In this document: in pieces, positions 51,335-62,300 of the stretch | Position numbering within the stretch: position 1 is the stretch's first letter | How the letters are laid out: each line of letters begins with the position of its first letter | Assembly: GCF_009914755.1 (NCBI RefSeq) | Contig: NC_060941.1 | Source of the DNA: the human T2T-CHM13v2.0 reference genome, Homo sapiens | Reading direction: 5' to 3' (one strand) | DNA: 64,000 nucleotides | Position numbers and translations under genes: made by a program | Notes under the pieces: generated by a model | What the model was told of the DNA's origin: nothing | Seen by the model: the letters and a program-made list of their open reading frames with translations, nothing else | Databases searched by the model: none

Positions 51335-54300
51335 CATTCTCAGAAAATACTTTGTGATGATTGCGTTGAACTCACAGAGCTGAACATTCCTTTGGATGGA
51401 GCAGGTTTGAGACACACTTTTTGTAGAATCTACAAGTGGATATTTGGACCTCTCTGAGGATTTCGTTGGAAACGGGATAACTGCACCTAACTAAACGGAA
51501 GCATTCTCAGAAACTTCTTGGTGATGTTTGCATTCAAATCCCAGAGTTGAACCTTCCTTTGAGAGTTCAGGTTTGAAACACTCTTTTTGTAGGATCTGCA
51601 AGTGGATATTTGGACCACTCTGTGGCCTTCGTTCGAAACGGGTACATCTTCGCATAAAATCTAGACAGAAGCCTTCTCAGAAACTTCTCTGGGATGATTG
51701 CATTCAACTCACAGAGTTGAACCCTCCTATGGATAGAGCAGTGTTGAAACTCTCTTTTTGTGGAATCTGCAAGCGGATATGTGGACCTCTCCGAAGATGT
51801 CTTTGGCAACGGGAATATCTTCACATAAAAACTAAACAGAAGCATTCTCAGAAACTTCTCTGTGATGTTTGTGTTCAACTCCCAGAGTTTCACATTGCTT
51901 CTCATAGAGTAGTTCTGAAACATGCTTTTCGTAGTGTCTGCAAGTGGACATTTGGAGCGCTTTCAGGCCTGTGGTGGAAAACGAATTATGGTCACATAAA
52001 AACTGGAGAGAAGCATTGTCAGAAACTTCTTTGTGATGATTGCATTCAAGTCACAGAGTTGAAGGTTCCTTTTCAAAGAGCAGTTTCCAATCACTCTTTC
52101 TGTGGAATCTGCAAGTGGATATTTGGACCTCTTTGAAGATTTCGTTGGAAACGGGAGAATCTTCACAGAAAAGCTAAACAGAAGCATTCTCAGAAACTTC
52201 TTTGTGATGCTTGCATTCAACTCACAGAGTTGAACTTTCCTTTCGAGAGAGAAGCTTTGAAACAGTCTTTTTCCAGAATCTGCAAGTGGACATTTGGAGG
52301 GCTTTGAGGCCTCTGGTGGAAAAGGAATTATCTTCCCGTAAAAGCTAGATAGAAGCATTCTCAGAAACTACTTTGTGATGATTGCATTCAAGTCACAGAG
52401 TTGAACATTCCCTTTGACAGAGCAGTTTGGAAACTCTCTTTGTGTAGAATCTGCAAGTGGAGATATGGACCGCTTTGAGGCCTATGGTAGTAAAGGAAAT
52501 AGCTTCATATAAAAGCTAGACAGTAGCATTCACAGAAAACTCTTGGTGACGACTGAGTTTAAATCACAGAGCTGAACATTCCTTTGGATGGAGCAGTTTC
52601 GAAACACACTATTTCTAGAAGGTGCAAGTGGATATGTGGGCCTCTCTGAGGATTTCGTTGGAAACGGGATAAACCGCACAGAACTAAACAGAAGCATTCT
52701 CAGAACCTTCTTCGTGATGTTTGCATTCAACTCACAGTGTTGAACCTTTCTTTGATAGTTCAGGTTTGAAACGGTCTTTCTGTAGAAACTGCAAGTAGAT
52801 ATTTGGACCTTTCTGAGGATTTCGTTGGAAACGGGATAAACCGCACACAACTAAAACAGAAGCATTCTCAGAACCCTCTTCGTGATGTTTGCATTCAACT
52901 CACGGTGCTGAATCTTTCTTTGATAGTTCAGCTTTGAAACACTCTTTTTGTAGAAACTGCAAGTGGATATTTGGTCCTCTCTGAGGATTTCGTTGGTAAC
53001 GGGATAAACCGCACAGAACTAAACAGAAGCATTCTCAGAACCTTCTTCGTGATGTCTGCATTCAACTCACAGTGTGGAACCTTTCTTTGATAGTTCAGGT
53101 TTGAAACACTCTTTTTGTAGAAACTGCAAGGGGATCATTGCACTTCTTTGAGGCCTACCGTAGTAAAGGAGATAACTTCCTATAAAAAGAAGACAGAAGC
53201 TTTCTCAGAAAATTCTTTGGGATGATTGAGTTGAGCAAACAGAGCTGAACACTCCTTGCGATGTAGCAGTTTAGAAACACACTTTCTGCAGAATCTGCAA
53301 GTGCATATGTGGACCTCTCTGAGGAAATCGTTGGAAACGGGATAATTTCAGCTGACTAAACAGAAGCAGTCTCAGAATCTTCTTTGTGATGTTTGCATTC
53401 AAATCCCAGAGTTGAACTTTCCTTTCCAAGTTCACGTTTGAAACACTCTTTTTGCAGGATCTACAAGTGGATATTTGGACCACTCTGTGTCCTTCGTTCG
53501 AAACGTGTATATCTTCACATGACATCTAGACAGAAGCATTCTCAGAAGCTTCTCTGTGATGACTGCATTCAACTCACGGAGTTGAACACTCCTTTTGAGA
53601 GCGCAGTTTTGAAACTCTCTTTCTGTGGCATCTGCAAGGGGACATGTAGACCTCTTTGAAGATTTCGTTGGAAACGGAATCATCTTCACATCAAAACTAT
53701 ACAGATGCATTCTCAGGAACTTTTTGGTGATGTTTGTATTCAACTCCCAGAGTTGAACTTTCCTTTGGAAAGAGCAGCTATGAAACACTCTTTTTCTAGA
53801 ATCTGCAAGTGGACGTTTGGAGGGCTATGTGGTTTGTGGTGGAAAAGGAAATATCTTCACCTAAATACTAGATAGAAGCATTCTCAGAAACTGCTTTGTG
53901 ATGATTGCATTCACCTCACAGAGTTGAACATTCCTATTGATAGAGCAGTTTGGAAACACTCTTGTTGTGGAATGTGCAAGTGGAGATTTGGAGCGCTTTG
54001 AGGCCTATGGTAGTAAAGGGAATAGCTTCATAGAAAAACTAGACAGAAGCATTCTCAGAAAATACTTTGTGATGATTGAGTTGAACTCACAGAGCTGAAC
54101 ATTCCTTTGGATGGAGCAGGTTTGAGACACACTTTTTGTAGAATCTACAAGTGGATATTTGGACCTCTCTGAGGATTTCGTTGGAAACGGGATAACTGCA
54201 CCTAACTAAACGGAAGCATTCTCAGAAACTTCTTGGTGATGTTTGCATTCAAATCCCAGAGTTGAACCTTCCTTTGAGAGTTCAGGTTTGAAACACTCTT

Positions 54301-56764
54301 TTTGTAGGATCTGCAAGTGGATATTTGGACCACTCTGTGGCCTTCGTTCGAAACGGGTACATCTTCGCATGAAATCTAGACAGAAGCCTTCTCAGAAACT
54401 TCTCTGGGATGATTGCATTCAACTCACAGAGTTGAACCCTCCTATGGATAGAGCAGTGTTGAAACTCTCTTTTTGTGGAATCTGCAAGCAGATATGTGGA
54501 CCTTTCCGAAGATGTCTTTGGCAACGGGAATATCTTCACATAAAAACTAAACAGAAGCATTCTCAGAAACTTCTCTGTGATGTTTGTGTTCAACTCCCAG
54601 AGTTCCACATTGCTTCTCATAGAGTAGTTCTGAAACATGCTTTTCGTAGTGTCTGCAAGTGGACATTTGGAGCGCTTTCAGGCCTGAGGTGGAAAACGAA
54701 TTATGGTCACATAAAAACTGGAGAGAAGCATTGTCAGAAACTTCTTTGTGATGATTGCATTCAAGTCACAGAGTTGAAGGTTCCTTTTCAAAGAGCAGTT
54801 TCCAATCACTCTTTCTGTGGAATCTGCAAGTGGATATTTGGACCTCTTTGAAGATTTCGTTGGAAACGGGAGAATCTTCACAGAAAAGCTAAACAGAAGC
54901 ATTCTCAGAAACTTCTTTGTGATGCTTGCATTCAACTCACAGAGTTGAACTTTCCTTTGGAGAGAGAAGCTTTGAAACACTCTTTTTCCAGAATCTGCAA
55001 GTGGACATTTGGAGGGCTTTGAGGCCTGTGGTGGAAAAGGAATTATCTTCCCGTAAAAGCTAGATAGAAGCATTCTCAGAAACTACTTTGTGATGATTGC
55101 ATTCAAGTCACAGAGTTGAACATTCCCTTTGACAGAGCAGTTTGGAAACTCTCTTTGTGTAGAATCTGCAAGTGGAGATATGGACCGCTTTGAGGCCTAT
55201 GGTAGTAAAGGAAATAGCTTCATATAAAAGCTAGACAGTAGCATTCACAGAAAACTCTTGGTGACGACTGAGTTTAACTCACAGAGCTGAACATTCCTTT
55301 GGATGGAGCAGTTTCGAAACACACTATTTCTAGAAGGTGCAAGTGGATATGTGGGCCTCTCTGATGATTTCGTTGGAAACGGGATAAACCGCACAGAACT
55401 AAACAGAAGCATTCTCAGAACCTTCTTCGTGATGTTTGCATTCAACTCACAGTGTTGAACCTTTCTTTGATAGTTCAGGTTTGAAACGGTCTTTCTGTAG
55501 AAACTGCAAGTAGATATTTGGACCTCTCTGAGGATTTCGTTGGAAACGGGATAAACCTCACACAACTAAAACAGAAGCATTCTCAGAACCCTCTTCGTGA
55601 TGTTTGCATTCAACTCACGGTGCTGAATCTTTCTTTGATAGTTCAGCTTTGAAACACTCTTTTTGTAGAAACTGCAAGTGGATATTTGGTCCTCTCTGAG
55701 GATTTCGTTGGTAAAGGGATAAACCGCACAGAACTAAACAGAAGCATTCTCAGAACCTTCTTCGTGATGTCTGCATTCAACTCACAGTGTGGAACCTTTC
55801 TTTGATAGTTCAGGTTTGAAACACTCTTTTTGTAGAAACTGCAAGGGGATCATTGCACTTCTTTGAGGCCTACCGTAGTAAAGGAGATAACTTCCTATAA
55901 AAAGAAGACAGAAGCTTTCTCAGAAAATTCTTTGGGATGATTGAGTTGAGCAAACAGAGCTGAACACACCTTGCGATGTAGCAGTTTAGAAACACACTTT
56001 CTGCAGAATCTGCAAGTGCATATGTGGACCTCTCTGAGGAAATCGTTGGAAACGGGATAATTTCAGCTGACTAAACAGAAGCAGTCTCAGAATCTTCTTT
56101 GTGATGTTTGCATTCAAATCCCAGAGTTGAACTTTCCTTTCCAAGTTCACGTTTGAAACACTCTTTTTGCAGGATCTACAAGTGGATATTTGGACCACTC
56201 TGTGTCCTTCGTTCGAAACGGGTATATCTTCACATGACATCTAGACAGAAGCATTCTCAGAAGCTTCTCTGTGATGACTGCATTCAACTCACGGAGTTGA
56301 ACACTCCTTTTGAGAGCGCAGTTTTGAAACTCTCTTTCTGTGGCATCTGCAAGGGGACATGTAGACCTCTTTGAAGATTTCGTTGGAAACGGAATCATCT
56401 TCACATCAAAACTATACAGATGCATTCTCAGGAACTTTTTGGTGATGTTTGTATTCAACTCCCAGAGTTGAACTTTCCTTTGGAAAGAGCAGCTATGAAA
56501 CACTCTTTTTCTAGAATCTGCAAGTGGACGTTTGGAGGGCTTTGTGGTTTGTGGTGGAAAAGGAAATATCTTCACCTAAATACTAGATAGAAGCATTCTC
56601 AGAAACTGCTTTGTGATGATTGCATTCACCTCACAGAGTTGAACATTCCTATTGATAGAGCAGTTTGGAAACACTCGTGTTGTGGAATGTGCATGTGGAG
56701 ATTTGGAGCGCTTTGAGGCCTATGGTAGTAAAGGGAATAGCTTCATAGAAAAACTAGACAGAAG
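51335..56764 (+). repeat. Two canonical-length 16-mer HOR copies (51335, 54050), both lacking the EcoRI site
   Basis: Period is 2715. GAGGAAATCG replaces GAGGAATTCG at about 53321-53330 and 56036-56045. Confidence 0.93.
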
Positions 56765-59311
56765 CATTCTCAGAAAATACTTTGTGATGATTGAGTTGAA
56801 CTCACAGAGCTGAACATTCCTTTGGATGGAGCAGGATTAAGACACACTTTTTGTAGAATCTACAAGTGGATATTTGGACCTCACTGAGGATTTCGTTGGA
56901 AACGGGATAACTGCACCTAACTAAACGGAAGCATTCTCAGAAACTTCTTGGTGATGTTTGCATTCAAATCCCAGAGTTGAACCTTCCTTTGAGAGTTCAG
57001 GTTTGAAACACTCTTTTTGTAGGATCTGCAAGTGGATATTTGGACCACTCTGTGGCCTTCGTTCGAAACGGGTACATCTTGGCATAAAATCTAGACAGAA
57101 GCCTTCTCAGAAACTTCTCTGTGATGATTGCATTCAACTCACAGAGTTGAACCCTCCTATGGATAGAGCAGTGTTGAAACTCTCTTTTTGTGGAATCTGC
57201 AAGCGGATATGTGGACCTCTCCGAAGATGTCTTTGGCAACGGGAATATCTTCACATAAAAACTAAACAGAAGCATTCTCAGAAACTTCTCTGTGATGTTT
57301 GTGTTCAACTCCCAGAGTTTCACATTGCTTCTCATAGAGTAGTTCTGAAACATGCTTTTCGTAGTGTCTGCAAGTGGACATTTGGAGCGCTTTCAGGCCT
57401 GTGGTGGAAAACGAATTATGGTCACATAAAAACTGGAGAGAAGCATTGTCAGAAACTTCTTTGTGATGATTGCATTCAAGTCACAGAGTTGAAGGTTCCT
57501 TTTCAAAGAGCAGTTTCCAATCACTCTTTCTGAGGAATCTGCAAGTGGATATTTGGACCTCTTTGAAGATTTCGTTGGAAACGGGAGAATCTTCACAGAA
57601 AAGCTAAACAGAAGGATTCTCAGAAACGTCTTTCTGATGCTTGCATTCAACTCACAGAGTTGAACTTTCCTTTCGAGAGAGAAGCTTTGAAACACTCTTT
57701 TTCCAGAATCTGCAAGTGGACATTTGGAGGGCTTTGAGGCCTGTGGTGGAAAAGGAATTATCTTCCCGTAAAAGCTAGATAGAAGCATTCTCAGAAACTA
57801 CTTTGTGATGATTGCATTCAAGTCACAGAGTTGAACATTCCCTTTGACAGAGCAGTTTGGAAACTCTCTTTGTGTAGAATCTGCAAGTGGAGATATGGAC
57901 CGCTTTGAGGCCTATGGTAGTAAAGGAAATAGCTTCATATGAAAGCTAGACAGTAGCATTCACAGAAAACTCTTGGTGATGACTGAGTTTAACTCACAGA
58001 GCTGAACATTCCTTTGGATGGAGCAGTTTCGAAACACAGTATTTGTAGAATGTGCAAGTGGATATGTGGGCCTCTCTGAGGATTTCGTTGGAAACGGGAT
58101 AAACCGCACAGAACTAAAAAGAAGCATTCTCAGAACCTTCTTCGTGATGTTTGCATTCAACTCACAGTGTTGAACCTTTCTTTGATAGTTCAGGTTTGAA
58201 AAGGTCTTTCTGTAGAAACTGCAAGTAGATATTTGGACCTCTCTGAGGATTTCGTTGGAAACGGGATAAACCGCACAGAACTAAACAGAAGCATTCTCAG
58301 AACCTTCTTCGTGATGTCTGCGTTCAACTCACTGTGTGGAACCTTTCTTTGATAGTTCAGGTTTGAAACACTCTTTTTGTAGAAACTGCAAGGGGATCCT
58401 TGCACTTCTTTGAGGCCTACCGTAGTAAAGGAAATAACTTCCTATAAAAAGAAGACAGAAGCTTTCTCAGAAATTTCTTTGGGATGATTGAGTTGAGCAA
58501 ACAGAGCTGAACACTCCTTGCGATGTAGCAGTTTAGAAACACACTTTCTGCAGAATCTGCAAGTGCCTATGTGGACCTCTCTGAGGAATTCGTTGGAAAC
58601 GGGATAATTTCAGCTGACTAAACAGAAGCAGTCTCAGAATCTTCTTTGTGATGTTTGCATTCAAATCCCAGAGTTGAACTTTCCTTTCCAAGTTCACGTT
58701 TGAAACACTCTTTTTGCAGGATCTACAAGTGGATATTTGGACCACTCTGTGTCCTTCGTTCGAAACGGGTATATCTTCACATGACATCTAGACAGAAGCA
58801 TTCTCAGAAGCTTCTCTGTGATGACTGCATTCAACTCACGGAGTTGAACACTCCTTTTGAGAGCGCAGTTTTGAAACTCTCTTTCTGTGGCATCTGCAAG
58901 GGGACATGTAGACCTCTTTGAAGATTTCGTTGGAAACGGAATCATCTTCACATCAAAACTATACAGATGCATTCTCAGGAACTTTTTGGTGATGTTTGTA
59001 TTCAACTCCCAGAGTTGAACTTTCCTTTGGAAAGAGCAGCTATGAAACACTCTTTTTCTAGAATCTGCAAGTGGACGTTTGGAGGGCTTTGTGGTTTGTG
59101 GTGGAAAAGGAAATATCTTCACCTAAATACTAGATAGAAGCATTCTCAGAAACTGCTTTGTGATGATTGCATTCACCTCACAGAGTTGAACATTCCTATT
59201 GATAGAGCAGTTTGGAAACACTCTTGTTGTGGAATGTGCAAGTGGAGATTTGGAGCGCTTTGAGGCCTATGGTAGTAAAGGGAATAGCTTCATAGAAAAA
59301 CTAGACAGAAG
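56765..59311 (+). repeat. 15-mer HOR structural variant (2547 bp; lacks 168 bp, one monomer equivalent)
   Basis: Anchor spacing 56958 to 59505 is 2547. The m9 body (GTAGATATTTGGACC) is joined to the m10 end (CTAAACAGAAG) and then m11. The m10 signature AGAACCCTCTT...CACGGTGCTG is absent. Confidence 0.95.
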
Positions 59312-62300
59312 CATTCTCAGAAAATACTTTGTGATGATTGAGTTGAACTCACAGAGCTGAACATTCCTTTGGATGGAGCAGGTTTGAGACACACTTTTTG
59401 TAGAATCTACAAGTGGATATTTGGACCTCTCTGAGGATTTCGTTGGAAACGGGATAACTGCACTTAACTAAACGGAAGCATTCTCAGAAACTTCTTGGTG
59501 ATGTTTGCATTCAAATCCCAGAGTTGAACCTTCCTTTGAGAGTTCAGGTTTGAAACACTCTTTTTGTAGGATCTGCAAGTGGATATTTGGACCACTCTGT
59601 GGCCTTCGTTTGAAACGGGTACATCTTCGCATAAAATCTAGACAGAAGCCTTCTCAGAAACTTCTCTGGGATGATTGCATTCAACTCACAGAGTTGAACC
59701 CTCCTATGGATAGAGCAGTGTTGAAACTCTCTTTTTGTGGAATCTGCAAGCGGATATGTGGACCTCTCTGAAGATGTCTTTGGAAACGGGAATATCGTCA
59801 CATAAAAACTAAACAGAAGCATTCTCAGAAACTTCTCTGTGATGTTTGTGTTCAACTCCCAGAGTTTCACATTGCTTCTCATAGAGTAGTTCTGAAACAT
59901 GCTTTTCGTAGTGTCTGCAAGTGGACATTTGGAGCGCTTTCAGGCCTGTGGTGGAAAACGAATTATGGTCACATAAAAACTGGAGAGAAGCATTGTCAGA
60001 AACTTCTTTGTGATGATTGCATTCAAGTCACAGAGTTGAAGGTTCCTTTTCAAAGAGCAGTTTCCAATCACTCTTTCTGTGGAATCTGCAAGTGGATATT
60101 TGGACCTCTTTGAAGATTTCATTGGAAACGGGAGAATCTTCACAGAAAAGCTAAACAGAAGCATTCTCAGAAACTTCTTTGTGATGCTTGCATTCAACTC
60201 ACAGAGTTGAACTTTCCTTTCGAGAGAGAAGCTTTGAAACAGTCTTTTTCCAGAATCTGCAAGTGGACATTTGGAGGGCTTTGAGGCCTGTGGTGGAAAA
60301 GGAATTATCTTCCCGTAAAAGCTAGATAGAAGCATTCTCAGAAACTACTTTGTGATGATTGCATTCAAGTCACAGAGTTGAACATTCCCTTTGACAGAGC
60401 AGTTTGGAAACTCTCTTTGTGTAGAATCTGCAAGTGGAGATATGGACCGCTTTGAGGCCTATGGTAGTAAAGGAAATAGCTTCATATAAAAGCTAGACAG
60501 TAGCATTCACAGAAAACTCTTGGTGACGACTGAGTTTAACTCACAGAGCTGAACATTCCTTTGGATGGAGCAGTTTCGAAACACACGATTTGTAGAATGT
60601 GCAAGTGGATATGTGGGCCTCTCTGAGGATTTCGTTGGAAACGGGATAAACCGCACAGAACTAAACAGAAGCATTCTCAGAACCTTCTTCGTGATGTTTG
60701 CATTCAAATCACAGTGTTGAACCTTTCTTTGATAGTTCAGGTTTGAAACGGTCTTTCTGTAGAAACTGCAAGTAGATATTTGGACCTCTCTGAGGATTTC
60801 GTTGGAAACGGGATAAACCGCACAGAACTAAAACAGAAGCATTCTCAGAACCCTCTTCGTGATGTTTGCATTCAACTCACGGTGCTGAACCTTTCTTTGA
60901 TAGTTCAGCTTTGAAACACTCTTTTTGTAGAAACTGCAAGTGGATATTTGGTCCTCTCTGAGGATTTCGTTGGAAACGGGATAAACCGCACAGAACTAAA
61001 CAGAAGCATTCTCAGAACCTTCTTCATGATGTCTGCATTCAACTCACAGTGTGGAACCTTTCTTTGATAGTTCAGGTTTGAAACACTCTTTTTGTAGAAA
61101 CTGCAAGGGGATCATTGCACTTCTTTGAGGCCTACCGTAGTAAAGGAGATAACTTCCTATAAAAAGAAGACAGAAGCTTTCTCAGAAAATTCTTTGGGAT
61201 GATTGAGTTGAGCAAACAGAGCTGAACACTCCTTGCGATGTAGCAGTTTAGAAACACACTTTCTGCAGAATCTGCAAGTGCATATGTGGACCTCTCTGAG
61301 GAAATCGTTGGAAACGGGATAATTTCAGCTGACTAAACAGAAGCAGTCTCAGAATCTTCTTTGTGATGTTTGCATTCAAATCCCAGAGTTGAACTTTCCT
61401 TTCCAAGTTCACGTTTGAAACACTCTTTTTGCAGGATCTACAAGTGGATATTTGGACCACTCTGTGTCCTTCGTTCGAAACGGGTATATCTTCACATGAC
61501 ATCTAGACAGAAGCATTCTCAGAAGCTTCTCTGTGATGACTGCATTCAACTCACGGAGTTGAACACTCCTTTTGAGAGAGCAGTTTTGAAACTCTCTTTC
61601 TGTGGCATCTGCAAGGGGACATGTAGACCTCTTTGAAGATTTCGTTGGAAACAGAATCATCTTCACATCAAAACTATACAGATGCATTCTCAGGAACTTT
61701 TTGGTGATGTTTGTATTCAACTCCCAGAGTTGAACTTTCCTTTGGAAAGAGCAGCTATGAAACACTCTTTTTCTAGAATCTGCAAGTGGACGTTTGGAGG
61801 GCTTTGTGGTTTGTGGTGGAAAAGGAAATATCTTCACCTAAATACTAGATAGAAGCATTCTCAGAAACTGCTTTGTGATGATTGCATTCACCTCACAGAG
61901 TTGAACATTCCTATTGATAGAGCAGTTTGGAAACACTCTTGTTGTGGAATGTGCAAGTGGAGATTTGGAGCGCTTTGAGGCCTATGGTAGTAAAGGGAAT
62001 AGCTTCATAGAAAAACTAGACAGAAGCATTCTCAGAAAATACTTTGTGATGATTGAGTTGAACTCACAGAGCTGAACATTCCTTTGGATGGAGCAGGTTT
62101 GAGACACACTTTTTGTAGAATCTACAAGTGGATATTTGGACCTCTCTGAGGATTTCGTTGGAAACGGGATAACTGCACCTAACTAAACGGAAGCATTCTC
62201 AGAAACTTCTTGGTGATGTTTGCATTCAAATCCCAGAGTTGAACCTTCCTTTGAGAGTTCAGGTTTGAAACACTCTTTTTGTAGGATCTGCAAGTGGATA

